64,000 bases of DNA from Hemiscyllium ocellatum (GCF_020745735.1 NC_083428.1:4960001-5024000), one strand, 5' to 3'; counted from the stretch's first letter, positions 22,712 to 37,027 are shown. Notes: a model not told the origin generated them from the sequence alone. Program-made: numbers and translations.

Positions 22712-25700
22712 GTAGTGGCCTAATGCTGTTATCAGTAGACTAACTCAACTAATGTTCTGGAGATCCCCATTCCTGATGACTGGCTCCTGCCTGAAACGTT
22801 TATTTTCCTGCTCCTCGGATGCTGCCTGACCTGCTGTACATTTCCAGCACCACACTAATCTTGGGTCTAATCTCCAGCGTCTGCAATCCTCTCTTTCGCC
22901 TAATGTTCTGGAGACCCGGGTACAAATCACGCTTTGGCTGATGGTGGAATGTGAATTCAGTAAAAACAAAATTGGAATTATGAATCTGCTTCAAAATTGT
23001 CAATTATCGGGAAAACCCATCTGGTTCACTAATGACCTAATGAAATCTACGTGTGACTTCAATGTGGTTAACTCTCAACTGCCCTCTGAAATGGCCTAGC
23101 AAGCTACTCAACTGTAACAACTGTTACAAAGTCTTAACAAAGAAATGAGACCGGAATGACCATCTGACATTGACCTCGGCACTGGAACGAAAACAGCAAA
23201 AACAACCTTGTTGATCCTAGAAAATCTTCCTCACTAACGTCTAGAGGCTGGTACTAAAATTGAATCATAGACGAGAGAAACAACAGCCTGACATAATCAC
23301 ATTCACAGAATCTTACCTTACAGATAATGTTCCAGACATCACCATCACCATCCCTGGGTATATCCTGTGGTACAGTTGAGACGGAATTGCCTTGGGAATC
23401 CTCATTATTGACTTTGGGCCCCATGAAGTCTCATTGCATCAGGTTAAACAAGGCCAAGGAAGCCTCCTGCTGATGACCACGTACAGTCCCCCCACAGCTA
23501 ATGAATCAGTGCTCCTCCATGTTGAACAATACTTGGAAAGATGCATTGAGGGTAAGGGTAAGGAGGGTGCAAACTTTACTCTGGGTGGACTATTTAGTGG
23601 TCACCACAAAGAGTGGTTTGACAACAAAACTACTGATTGAGCTGGTCAGGTCCCAAAGGATGGGTCTGCAGCACGTGATGAGGGAACCAATGAGGAGAAA
23701 AAATATACTTGACCTAATCTTTACCACTCTGCCAGCTGCAGGTGCCCCTGTCCATGACTATCTGTAAAAGTGACCACCACACAGTCCTTATGGAGGCGAA
23801 ATCATGTATTCACATTGAGACTACCTCCATCATGATGTGTGGCACTATCTCTGTGCTAGATGGGACAGACCAGGAACAGATCTCACAACTCAAGATTGGA
23901 CATCCTCAAGGTGTTTTGGGCTATTAACAGCACAACATATTCTGTAATCTCCAACAAATCTCCCACTTGACATTACCACCAAGCCAAGGGATCAAACCCT
24001 AGTTCCATGGAGAGTGCAACAGGACATGCAAGGAGCAGCACCAGGCATACTCAATACTGAGCTGTCAATCTGCTGAAGCTACCAAACAGGACTACTTGCA
24101 AGCCAAACAGCATAAGCAGCAAGTGATAGATCTAAACAATTCCACAACCAACAAATCAGACCTATGCTCTGCAGTCCTGCCAGCTCCTGTCATGAATGAT
24201 GGTGGATAATTAAAACAACTCACTGGAAGAGGAGCCTCCACTAATATCTTCCTCCTCAATGATAGATGAACCCAGCACATCAATGTAAAAGATAAGGCTG
24301 AAGCATCCGCACAATCTTTAGCCAGAAGTGACGAGTGGCTGATCCATCTCGGCCTCCTCCAAATGTCCACGGTATCACATTCCAGTCTTCAGCCAATTTG
24401 ATTCACTCCACATGATATCAAGAAATGGTTTGAGGCACTGGATACTGCAAAGGCTATGGGCCATGATAACATTCCAGCAGTAGCACTTGAAGGCTTGTGC
24501 TCCAGCCCTTTCTGCTTTCCTAACCAAGCTCTTCTAGTACATCTGCGACACTGAAATCTACCCGACAGTTTAGATAATTGTCCACCTGTGTCCTCTATAC
24601 AAAAAGCAGAACAAATCCAACCTGACCAGTGACCATCCCATCAGTCTATTCTTGATCATCAGTAAAGTGATGGAAGGTGTCATCAACTGTGCTATCAAGC
24701 AGCACCTGCTCAGTGACACTTAGTTTGGGTTCTGCCTTATTACAACCTTGGTTCAAACATGGTTAAAAGAGCTGAATTCCACAGGTGAGGTGAGAGTGAC
24801 AGCTCTTGTCATCAAGCCTGTGTTTAACTGAGTGTAGTATCAAGGAACCATAGCAAAACTGGAGCCGATGGATATCGGGGAGCAAACTCTCCATTAGTTG
24901 GTCTCGTACCTGGCATATAGAAACATATTGGAAGTCAGTCATCTCAGTTTTAGACCATCTCTGCAGGGATTCTTCAGGGTAGTGCCCTAGTCCCAACCAT
25001 CTCAACTGCTTCATCAATGACCTTCCCACCATCATAAGGTCAGAAGTGAGGATGTTCGCTGATGAATGCACAATGTTCAGCACCATTTGCGATGACTCAG
25101 ACACTGAAGCAGTCTGTGTCCAAATGCAACAAGATCTGGACAGTATCCAGGCCTGGGTTGACAAGTGGCAAGTACCATTCACCCCACACAAATGCCATGT
25201 GATGACCATCTCCAATAGAAGATCATCTCTACCCACTGCCCTTTGACATTCAACTGTGTTACCACCACTGAATTCCCCCCCACCCCTGATAACCATCCTG
25301 GGGGTTAGTCTTGATCAGAAACTCAGCTAGACACTCTTATGTAAATATAATGGCTATAAGAGCAGGTCAGGGCCTCGGGATACTGTAGCATGTAACTCAC
25401 TTCCTGACTTCCTACTTGCCTGAGTGCAGCTCCAACAACACTCAAGAAGCTTGATAACCATCCAGGACAAAGCAACCCACTTGATTGGCATCACATCCAC
25501 AACATCCACTCCCTCCACCACAGATGTACAATATTCAAAAGATGTCTGCAGAAATTCGCTGAACATCTCTAGACTGCACCCTCCAAGCTCGCAGCCACTT
25601 GCATCTAGAAGAATTAAGGGCACATGAGATACATGGGAACACCACCACCTGCATATTCTGCAACAAACTACTCAGCATCCTGACTTGGAAATATATCGCT

Positions 25701-25884
25701 GTTGTTTCATTGTCACTGGTTCAAAATCCTGGAATTCTCTCTCTAAGGGCATTATGGGTCCCCTTACAACACATGGACTACAGTAGTTCAAAAAGGCAGC
25801 TCACCTTGAGGGCAGCTCGGGACAAACAATAAATGCTGGCCCAGCCAGTAATGCCCATATTCAACAAATGAATTTTTAAAAAAA
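22712..25884 (+). mobile_element. Near full-length L2/CR1-group LINE with a tRNA-like (pol III A/B-box) 5' head and a single APE-RT ORF, degenerate
   Basis: Head agtggcctaatgc (A-box-like) ... gggtacaaatc (B-box-like). APE start TNV.RL..KQQPDIITFTESYLTDNVPDITITIPGY near 23230; RT FADECTMF at 25055; same 3' tail as 12290-12356. Confidence 0.8.
22764..22899 (+). mobile_element. Single-arm PLE family A insertion with hammerhead core
   Basis: 15-bp TSD ctaatgttctggaga (22749-22763, 22900-22914); CTGATGActggctcctgcctGAAAcgtt at 22773-22800. Confidence 0.85.
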
Positions 25885-28800
25885 GGTATTGTTGCAACTC
25901 TGGATTCAGAACTAGGGGTTACCTTGTACAAGTATTACTGCTATAACCACTGTGTCAGAGTTTGGTAAGTGAGGAGGAACTCTTATTTCATCACTCAAAT
26001 TTACTTGGCCCCTCGTCTTCTGCCTTGTGTAAGCTTCAGCTTATGAAAAATTTTGCTGTCCATGTCTGAGAATGTGTCAGGTCCCATTTACTTATCAAAT
26101 CCTGCTGATCACTGACCTGTGTTGTTACTTATCTAGCAATACCAGGAGGCTCCACTCCTCCAGTATTAACCCTTATGCACAATTACAAGTCATCCCCTGG
26201 TGACCTGAGTCCTAAATTTTGGATTTCTCTCTCAAGGCTGTTTCCTTAATGATGTTCTTACACTGAGTTTTTGGTAACTTGTTCTCAGTGTTTGGTGATG
26301 CTTGTGAAGCACATTGGTGCATTATACCATGTGAAAGGGATCATAAAAGTACATGGTTTACTTACTCTTTTGCCTCCTTTGAAAACTGAAGATCTAAGTC
26401 TTTCTGAATTTCCCACTTAACTGAATCCTTTCCATTGCTTCTATGGATTGGCTGCTTGTTGCTCACGGACCAGAAGTAAATGCACTGTCGATAGAGCAGC
26501 TAGTTTTCTCCTTGTAGATCTGACAGTTATCTGGATTCTGATGTAAACCAAATCCTAAGGCTGAACAGTATAATAGAGAGCTACAGCTGCTGACTTACTT
26601 TGATTTCAGGTTTAATCTCACTCTTGAATCTGTACTGAACTCAGAATTTCATAATCTACAACAGGATTACAAAGCATTCTCAGTCATAATTACTACAGGG
26701 CTGGGGTGCACATGATTTAAGTCTCAGCATCTGGGTCAGCTGCACTCTCAGACACAGTTTTCACTGATAGTATTTCAGCAGCAGCTGCGTAATGCAGGGT
26801 TAGATGGCTTTTATGGTAAATGGGGAAATAGGTATCATGGGCTAAGCATTGAATCCTCCATGTAGGATACTGGGGGGGAATATTTTGGTGAAATGGATGA
26901 ATTGTATCTCTCGCAACTTGAAGGACTGACTTGGTGACCTCTGCTACTTACTCATTGGCATTGTCAATTCTCTGTCCCAACTAAGAAAAATAAGATTTAA
27001 AAAAAAACCTCTAAGAGCAAAAACATGTGTTGAGAAACTTTCTATCAGTTCATTAATTTAGCATTTTTTCCAATAAGCCTGAATATTGGCTGTTTGATTT
27101 GGGGATGGGGGAGGGGGGGGGTGGGTGAAGGGGTATGCAGTGGAGTGGAGGAGGTTGTGGGGAAGGAAAAGAAGGCCATCCAAACGCAGCCAGACCATGT
27201 CCAGCAGACAGAAACAAAAACTGGAAAAGCTCAGCAGGTCTGGTAGCATCTGTGAAGAGAAATCAAGGTTAACATTTCAGGGTTGAGTGACCTTTCCTCA
27301 ACTTCTCAAGGGTCAACTTCCAGAAGAGACCATTCAAAAATGAGAATCTTTGGTGGCTCCTTCCCTCCCACTGTTTACTGTGACTGTTTTCACAAACTAG
27401 AAAATAACTTTTTAAAAATTAAACCTACAGAGAGTCAGGGCAGGGGTTGATCAGGAATATTAAAACAAATGACCCCCAGCTTGATGATGATCTCTAAGGT
27501 ATAATAAGCAAGCTTTTGTTTTACTGAGAAAACAGCATGGTTTCTTTCTCAACCCCCTTCCTTTACTCCTGAAGTTGCGTGCTTCCATGGATTGTTCTCT
27601 GTTACCTTGCCAAAGTGATCATTGTTCAGAATCCAACCAGTCAACAGCTTGTGCTATCCTTCAGATTCCAGAAGGGATTGCTGCACCAAGGGCAGGAGTA
27701 CGATCTAAGAATTTTAAATTTTTTCATCTCTCATCTTCCCACCACCAGAAAGGTATTACACACCTCCCTCATCCCTCACCACCACAGACTGGACCTTTGC
27801 CCTGCAGCTGTGTCTTTTCCCACCACCAACACCACAGACACCTACACTCTTCTCCATGCTCCTGGGTGAACCAGATTGTGCATGATCTCAGCATTCACAA
27901 ACTAACTTTCTGACTCCATTTGCATCTCAAAGTTGTCTAGTTTCTTCTATGCAATGTCACTTACCGCTGCTCCTCCCTTAGCTCATTTGATAAGGATATC
28001 TCCTCCTGTTGGTCAGCCAAGTATGAGGGGATGCTGCTTCAAGAATGGGGATCACTTTTTCAGGACCACGATGAGAAATTTTTTGAGGGATACATGACTT
28101 TAGAACACTCTGCCTCAGAAGGTGGAGTCAGTGGATATTTCTAAGACCGAAGTAGTTAGAGTCTTGTTAGGCAGGGAAATTGAAGTTATTTAGTGTAGGT
28201 GAGGACTATGGAAGTACATCAGCTATGATCTTTTGAATGGTAGAGCAAGCTCAAGGAGCTCAAGGTGTACTGCTGTTTCTATTTTATATATCTCTGCTTC
28301 TGAAGTCTTCATTCTCTTTGTTACCCTGATCTCAGTGCTTTCCAATCTAACATAAACTCTATCGTTGCTGCTTATCCTTCACGTACATTTTCTCCTGGTT
28401 CACCAGAACACCATACATTTAAAATTGTAAATTCTTGCATTCAGGTAATCTCAAGCTGTCCACACACTCTACACCTCCAAATTAATTTGTGCTGCATTAA
28501 CCCCACACTTTTGTATCAAATTCACTGACATAACATCGATGGACGGTCCCCTGCCCACCCACCCATCTCCTTTTCAATCACTCTGGTGTACCTCCATAAA
28601 CCCTTTGACCTCTCTTTTTAGGCCCTTCATATTTGACCAAGTTCTTGCATCATCAGCTTATTAACCATGATTGTACATTTAAGAAATCCTGTGAAATGTT
28701 TTCCAACGTTCAAAATTTTCAGTCACTGTAACCTAGAAAGTGGTAAGAAGGCAGTACATGTTGCTAGGTGAAAATGAATAGCATTTAAGGGGAGACTGGG

Positions 28801-29134
28801 TGAGGGAATCTGCTGCATAAGGTGGAAACTAGGCAAAAGAATACATGATGTATGGTAGGACCCTGGAGAGCACCAAGGATCAGAGAGACCTTGGTATGCC
28901 TGACCATCGGTTCCTTAACCTAGAAGGACAGGTAGACAAAGTGGTTAGGAAAGCACATGGGTTAGTTCACCATAGTTAACCTTTATTAACCAAGGTAAAC
29001 CGTTTAAGAGCAAGGTGGTTATGTTGGAACTGTATGAAACATTGTTTAGGTTGCAGCTGGAGTACTGTATACATTTCAACAAATCACTTTATAGGAGGGT
29101 TGTGATAGCACTAGAAAGGGTGCAGAGGAAATTT

Positions 29135-29348
29135 TCGAGGAGAAAGTGAGGACTGCAGATGCTGGAGATCAGAGCTGAAAATGTGTTGCTGGAAAAGCGC
29201 AGCAGGTCAGGCAGCACCCAAAGAACAGGAGAGTCGACGTTTCGGGCATGAGCCCTTCTTCAGGAAGGGCTTGTGCCCGACACGTCGAATTTCCTGTTCC
29301 TTGGATGCTGCCTGACCTGCTGCGCTTTTCCAGCAACACATTTTCAGC
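29135..29348. mobile_element. Fold-back PLE family A element
   Basis: 14-bp TSD tgcagaggaaattt (29121-29134, 29349-29362); unique tail followed by inverted arms of about 85 bp. Confidence 0.9.
29236..29263 (-). ncRNA. Minimal type I hammerhead ribozyme core (PLE family A)
   Basis: CTGAAGA-A-GGGC-TCAT-GCCC-GAAA-CGTC; stem III reduced to palindromic ACGT; GTC cleavage triplet. Confidence 0.75.
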
Positions 29349-29929
29349 TGCAGAGGAAATTTACCAATATGTTGCCTGGGCTGGAGAGTTGTAGTTATGA
29401 AGAAAGTTTGGACAGACTGGTTTTCTTTGGAGCAGAGGAGAGTGGGGTCGACATTATTGAGACACATAAAATTATCAGGGACACTGGTAGGCTGGACAAA
29501 GACTTTTCTCCTTTCTGGCGAAATCAATGACGTAGAATTAAAGTAAGGGGCCGAAGGTTTAGGGGTGATGTGAGGGAAAACTGTTTTTCATGTGGTGGAA
29601 ATCTGGAACTTAGTGCCTGAAAGGGTGATAGAGGCAGAAATCTTCATAACATTTAAGAAGCATTTAGATGCTTACTTGTGATACCAAGGCATACAAGGCT
29701 GTGCAGAAAAATGGGATTATAATAGTTATGATTATTTAGAACAGTTAGGGTAATTGGAATAGTTAATTTTTTTTTGACTGGGGCAGACTTGACAGGCCGA
29801 AGGGGCTTATTCTGTGCTGCGGGCCTCTGTGACTCTAAGCAGGAAGGGTCGCATTGTGTACGTGTGTGTGTGTGTGTGCAATCAATATGGGTATGGAGTT
29901 TTTGCTGAGCACGTTCCTGCTCCCCTGTG

Positions 29930-30450
29930 AGGTGCACTGTCCCTTTAAGAGAGTGATGGGGGGGGGGTGAGGGAGTGGGCCCGCGCATGCGCGTTGTTCG
30001 GCGGTCCACCTCGAGTACCGGGGGACTTGTTCCTCTCGCCGAGTGACCGGTGCTCGGGGAGGAGGGGGTACCGGGCTGGTGTGGGAGAGGGAGAGTGTGG
30101 GCACGGCCTGGCTGCAGTGGGACTAGGCTGGGGGAAAGCGCCTGCAAACCTGGCCAGACCGCCACATTGGGCCGCCGGTAGGTGCGGTTTGTTACATTGA
30201 GTGACTTGTGTGATTTAAAGGGACCTCTACCCCCCCCCCCCCACCCTCCCGCCCCTTACCCCCCCTCTCTCCCCACCTTCTCCACAGAGGAGTTTGTGCT
30301 GCGGGAAAGCCCACTGCAGTGTGTTCAAAAGAAACTGCCCCAACACTCAGACACTAGCAGTTTCCCTTTAAAAGGAGAGAGGCAGGAGGAGGTTTCAGGG
30401 CTGGGAACGAGCCAAGAGTTTGAGGGGCTTGTGCGATGGCGAGTTTTTCT
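29930..30450 (+). promoter_or_regulatory. CpG/GC-rich candidate promoter and non-coding first exon (donor CCG|GTAGGT at 30178), probably a GATAD2A promoter
   Basis: Most conspicuous non-TE CpG-dense patch in the window. Perfect NRF1-type palindrome CGCGCATGCGCG at 29982-29993; G-rich GC/GT-box tracts; CCCTTTAA-type motifs at 29941, about 30214 (reverse) and about 30364; donor-like site oriented toward the GATAD2A exon. Confidence 0.6.
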
Positions 30451-33400
30451 TTCCTTCTCTCCATCCCACTATCTCCATTCTTGAGCCCCAGTCGTGGCAC
30501 TTAACTCAGCTGGCAGCCAGACCTTGTCAGTGTCAAAATAAGAGTCTCCTTTTTGTCCCACCCACCCTATCACACATGCTCTGGGTTAATGAGTCTGGGT
30601 ACTGTTCCAGAACTCAGCATAATTTGCAATGTGTTTCTTTGTGGTCTATTGTATATCTGTTTTAAAACAACTTTATTGATTTATAATCTGTGCTTAACGC
30701 CCTCGTCATACCTCCACATCTTTGTCCTCCAGTCCTGTTTCTCACCCCAACCACCCTACTTTCTCTTTACTCTTCTGCCCATCCCTATCTACAGATTTTT
30801 CTCCTGTCTGCCTCCTGCACCAACATACCATATTTCTGGCCATGTGCCCAACCACTTCCTGAACATTGTCCAAGTGGCTGTTCTTCAGGCCTTAGTTTTA
30901 GGTATTGGCTTTACAATGGTGATTGGAAATTATTTATCTTGATGTCCATGCATATGCTTTTGTGAATATCAGAAATACTGGCTATGTTTCATCTTTTCTC
31001 CTTTCTTTTTTCTTCCCTTCCCTTTTCTCTCCTCTGGGGGGAAAAAAAACAGACTGAGGTTTTTTTTTGTAATGCCAGACTGCTCTGAGATCAGTTCACT
31101 CCATACACTGGATCAAAGCTATGACTGTGCCTGGGTTATATGGCATGCAGCCACGTTTTGTTGGAGTTGGATATTGAATGGTCATCTTTTCCCCTCAGTT
31201 GATTTTTTTTCCATCTTCTAGAAGTTACAAACTGTACTATCTATTATGTGCAATGGTTAAAGTAGAGGCTGCCAATCTGGAAGCTTGCAAAGATAGCTCC
31301 AAGATAAACTGTTTACAGTTAGTTATTATGAAGTAATTTGAGCTTTCTCTATTGGTTCTTTTAAGACATTTTTATCTTTATTTCCTTTCTCTAGGCTTTC
31401 CCATAGCATCTTTTTGCTCCTAATTGAGGGCATGGGCAGATGATCTGGTCTTAGGCATTTAACTTCTGCAGTTGTTTCAGCAACGTTATTGCAGTAACCC
31501 TTCCCTCCTATAGTCTCCAAATAAAAGGCAAGCCATTTAGGATTAAATGAAGGAGAAACGCCACTTGAGTGGTGAATCTTTTGGATTCCAGATCCCTGAA
31601 ATCCACATTTGCTCAGTCATTAAGTTCAAGATTGAGATTGATAGAATTCTAGTTAATAATGATATCAAGGGATCTGGGGATAGCACAGGACTAGGCTGTT
31701 GAGATAGATAATCAGCTTTGGTAGAACAGGCTCCAGGATCTGAATATCCTAATCCTGCTCCTATAGAATGCTAGCTGCTTTCCAGTTTTCTTACACAGCT
31801 AACTTTGCCCCTAGAAAAAAGTAGGTATTTTTCTATAACAGCACTTGATAGGCATGTGCTTCCTTCACACCAAAACTTCAGCCCATAATGAAAATGAAGA
31901 AAAGTTGCATAACTAGCCTTGTATACCACGTATATTAAGCATTAAGGGGTGATTATAATTGAGACATTTAAGATGATGAAAGGATTTGATGGCGAGAACT
32001 CCCTTCTTTGTTGAGAATGGACGAGGAGTCATCAGGGGTTTAATCTTAAAATTAGAGCCAGAGTACTCTGGAGATGATGTCACTATCAATAATTCACAAA
32101 AAACAAACTTGAGGGGCTGAATCACCTGCCCTAGTATTCCTGGGTTCTCAATTTAAATAATTTGCACTTCTATGATCCTGTCACAATTTTAAACACACTC
32201 TGGTAGAATAAGGAAGATTCGCCACTGTAGTAAGGAATGATAGGAAGGAAAGATTTATGAAGAACATCTCAAACTATTGCATCGTTTTTCACTGGAACAG
32301 CAAAAAGGTGATTGAACAGAGGTTTTCAAAATTAACAAATCTCTCTATTTACTGGAGACCATTATAAATGGGTGGAGAATTGGCTCTGGTACCATCAAGA
32401 ATGAAAAGCATGATAACTTCTTATAATTCCCACAGAGTATTCCATATTCTAATAACCTATCATAAAGCCAGAAGCTCTATTATAATTTATGAAGGAAGAA
32501 AATTCAAAGATATTTGATTGTATGACTCTATATGAAAGGGCAAGGTAATTGAGATCCGAATAGATGGCTTCATTTGCTAGCACCAGCACTGACTTTGTAG
32601 GCTGAATGACCTCTTTGAGTTCAGAGAGAAAAATAGTGTAAGGATTTTGTTTCAGGTCACCTTAGTGTGCTAGTAGGCATGAGTTGGCAGCCAGTAGAGT
32701 AAGTGGAGAGTAAATTACCTTTTGTAATGGTTATGGGGGTTGGCTGTTTTCTTGGAGCAGTCTTAGATTATTTGTTCATTATTGTCCGGTAATCAGATTA
32801 ATTGGATGCAAAGTAAAATTTGATTTTAGTTGCTTCATGCCATCGCCCAAACCAGATTTCTGTCCCATGATGTATGCAACATTAAATTAATTTTAACTTT
32901 TTAAAAATATATGTACTTCATTTCATTGAGGAAACTGACCTTATTCCACTTGTCCTGCAGTGCTCATGGATCTTCTTTTGTGCACTCTTACACCATCAAT
33001 TGTCAAAAAAATGAAGGTTTAACTTTTAAAATAATAATAGGATGAAGTGTTTTTGGCCAAGAATGGTAGGAGCATGAGCTCTCTCTCCAGTCCATTCCGC
33101 TGGTTATAATTTAACTCCTTGGTCAGGTTCAATGGAGATAATGATTCTTTGTCTTTTCTCAATTCTGTCATCTTGCTGGTACTCAGTTATATGGATGTAT
33201 TGCTGGAGGTGAAACATCCTTGGTGTCTGGGAGTTCTCTTTCTTATGTTTCCAACCCCAGCTTCTCCTTGGCAGAGAAAAGTTTGAGACATTGCAATTAG
33301 GAGAGCTTCCTCTCCAGGCTGGCTGAGAGATGACAGCATCCATTACAAGTGTGGCATATGTTTAACTATTGGACAGCCCTGGGACCTACGTTACTGACTG

Positions 33401-36400
33401 CAGAGCTTTATCAGCATCTAGCTTCAAACCAATTAGATACAGGCAGTTCTCTGCATTTCCATTGTATATGTGTGTGTCTATATATGTGCCTGGAAGTGAG
33501 GGACACTGATGAGTGAGTGCATTGTTGGAAAAGAACCACAGCTGCATTTGGTGACAGAGGTTTTATTTTTCAGCTGTTCAAATTAGTTTCATAGCCTAGC
33601 CCCCTACCTCTTCAGTTTTCTTTTCGTGAAAGGAGAAAAGAAGCAAAATTTACATTTACTTTTGGAATGTGCTTTAACTTTTGAAAATTACATTCTTAAA
33701 GTATAATGAAAGCAAGAAAAGGGAATTTAATTTCATCACTCTTAGAATTGACTGGCAAAAAACTGCTTAATTTTGTAATAGTAGTTTAGAATGAGGGAAC
33801 AGCTACTGTGGCCCTCAAGAGGTTAAGTGCAGCCATTTTGTTTACTTTGTCAGACGTCTGGTCAGTTAACCTCAACCATCGGGAGAATAGACTAGATTAA
33901 TGAACCTTGTAATTTAAAGGCTACTCTTTGGCAATTGTAGCTATACTCCGAATTTGTCTGTCTGTGACTTGTATTTCATTCTGGTGTGTTTTATTTACAA
34001 AGTGATTAAGAGATATTTGATACTGATTGAAGCTCTGTTTGCAGGGGAAGGAAAAGGTGCATTAGAATATGCTCTAATTCTTTTTGGGCTATGTGGACAG
34101 AAAGATTAAAATGCATTGTAAAAGGCAGCTATTGGTTTCAATTTTGTTTTGCAGTAATAAATCAATTACTGAATTCCACACTCCGATCACTTTGTGCTTG
34201 AAGGAAGCATTTATTTACTTCAATCCTAGAAAGACCTGGCCCTAAATTTAAGGTTATGTCACCTTACGTCCTATATCAGTAGGGAAGTTCCTTCAAAATA
34301 TTTAACACTTCGATCTTTTCTTAGACCCATCTCCCTTCCATCTGTTTCTTTGTAACAATCGGTTGGAAGCCTGTTTTCCCTCTCCCCAATCACAGTTGTG
34401 GCATTTAATCATTGTCTTATTTGGAATTAGCTAACTCAGTGCAGCAAAGGCTTTGAACCTGGTTATGTCCCTGGTCCATGGCTGTCTTTCACAGTTTTGA
34501 AAGTGAAATGTGACTAAGCCACAGTTTCATATACCTTACAAATTGCAGTTGTGTCTTTTCCCTTGCTGATCTCTGAACCTTCCAGTAGTTGTGTGGATGA
34601 CACTGCATTTAGCATCACAACGATAGACATTTGAAATTTCTCACTGCTTAAAATTCACAACATTAACATTTTAAGCAGAATAGATGGATTGCTATTTCCA
34701 AGATCATTCCTCAAAACAAACTGAAACCTTTTCACTTGTTCTGTTTAAGTGTCATGCCAGGCAATTGTTTGTGGTACATACATAACCTGGCAAAGTAACT
34801 CCGCTCTCTCCTTTTTCAGATCTGACAGAACTACTGATTATTAACTTGCTTATTATGATTTGTTTAATTTTTGCATTTGTAATTTCTTTCTGATCTCCGC
34901 AGTGAAATTCTGTTACCCTGCATCTACCCTTTCCCATTTAATTAATCTCTGCAGGTTGTCTTCCATACTTTACAGTCCCCTCCATCTGAACTTTGCAGCA
35001 CCATCATACTGAGAACTGTCTCCTCATTTTGAATTCTGATTCTAACTTCCTTTGTGTTCCATCTTCATATTTCTGCCCTCATTTCAGTGAGTCTCTCTCT
35101 CACTGCACCCCCCAGGTCATCTCCCCTCTTCCTCCCTCTGATGTCAGAGCCACACTTCAGTTGTCTCACCCTGACTTTCAAACTCCCTAATCCCTTCCAC
35201 CTTGTAACGTTGCTCATTGTCCTTAAAAAACCACCTCAAAACCTACATTCTGCACACCCCTAACATGAGCAGCTATCTGTTTCTCCTTTTTCATCTTTCG
35301 TAAGTTATAAGATATCTATAAATGTATTTATGCTTAAGGCTGCTACTTTAGGAGGGTATTTGAATAAACACATTGTTATTTTCGAAAATCATGAATTTTG
35401 ATCTGTAGGTTAACATTTCTTCCATGCTAACGGCTCACTTTATGTAGCTAATCTGTTTTCTGTTAACAGTAGCCTTGCTTGGTTTAAATTTAGAACTAGT
35501 TTTAAAACGGTCATTGTGAAAAAGGTATTACATGGTTTTCTAGTAATCCTACTCTACATCTCCACTTTTTTCCCTATTGGAAGAGTTTGTATCCAAAGGA
35601 TCTCAAATAAGTTTAACAACCTACTTGACTGTATTTTTCTCCAGTTCCCCCTCATGCCTACTGAACGTGATGATTCATACAGGAGGGAGTGCCCCTCCTA
35701 TTTGTGTATGGGAAACTCTAGAAAGATAGGTGTGCAGCAGGCCTACTCATTTAGGATGTACATCAGAGCTGGGCTTAATGATGTGCACATGCTTCTCAAT
35801 TGGCTCAGTATTTACATCCTACCTCAACTAAGGAAGATAAAAATATTCTTTAGAAGTTGGAAAGGTGTGTAGTGAGCTTTTTAAATTGTTATATTTTTCC
35901 AAGTAAGTACTTAATTATGGCCAGGCCAGTCCAGTTTAGATTAGGAATTTATTTGTTCATTTCCAGGGCAATCTAACAGCTTGATGTAGAATAATTATGT
36001 TTTAGATTTGTCTCCTGATTTCTGGATAGGTTGGAATATTTGGGTGACGTGGGCAAGTTGGACCAAAGGGTCTGTTTCTGTCCCGTACATCTCTGTGACT
36101 ATGATTGTTAAACGACTAGTGTGTTACATGCTGGACTGGTCCAGTACAACTTGAGGGAATGCAGTTGGTTCAAGTTGTTGTCTTGTCTAGCAAGCAGAGT
36201 GTGATTGACAAATCAGATGGTGGCTTCAGATCAGACAGGTGTCTGTTCCAGCAAGTAGGATGGCCAAATTAGTAGTTATCCAAGAGTTATAGTAGGTTTT
36301 TCAATTATCTATAATTTTATTTAGATTATTATTACAAGTACTTTCCGAGTTACGAATAGGTTCCTCTCTTCAGTGCAGTCATAAATCAATTCATATGCAG

Positions 36401-37027
36401 GTTGTTCTGTAATATATTCCAATGTAAAATAGGCATTCATTAGTGCGAATAGATGCGTTTGTCGGATATTTAAAATTAATACTAATACACCCCTGTAGAA
36501 CATAAGTATTTGCATCTGTAAATTGGGGACTAGCTATAAGCTTAACTGGTTGCTGAAGCTTCCAAAGTTTGACTTTAAGGACCATTTTCAATACGTTTCC
36601 AGATACCAGACAGTTACTAATCAGAATTTTCTAGGCAATCCATGTGGTCCCATTGCCTCAATGATTATCTGACCACCAGAATATCTGGTCCATTGTATTG
36701 GGGACTGGGGAGAGCGATGATAGTTTAGTGGAAAAGTATGAAAATCACCCTCAATCAGTGCCTCTAAGTCTCATAGGAAGTCAAAATTTCAGAAAGGTAA
36801 TTTGTGACTAATCTCAGGCTGAAGAACTTGGAAATTTATTCTCCAATTTCTGAAGCAATCAAGAAGGGATTATGGATATCCATGATTAATTGTTTACATA
36901 ACTAAAATACAACTCTCTTCATACTCCTGCCCTCTTCTGTCTCAGCCCCACACAATCCACAACACCTTATTTTCTAAGTTCTCATGGTCTGCAATAAAAG
37001 ATTGTGAAGTCGAACCCAAAATTCTGA

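Larger units (their letters stand above)
28825..29838 (+). mobile_element. CR1 3' fragment interrupted by a fold-back PLE
   Basis: DQRDLG, MLELYETLFRLQLEYC, LERVQRKF|TNMLPGLE..YEESLDRL, then a CR1 tail. Confidence 0.8.

Noticed and set aside
29135-29348. Reading the fold-back elements as MITE/TIR DNA transposons or rho-independent terminators
   Set aside because: Asymmetric unique tail, variable 8-19 bp TSDs, single-arm copies, hammerhead cores and GIY-YIG linkage point to PLE retroelements; the sequence is eukaryotic.
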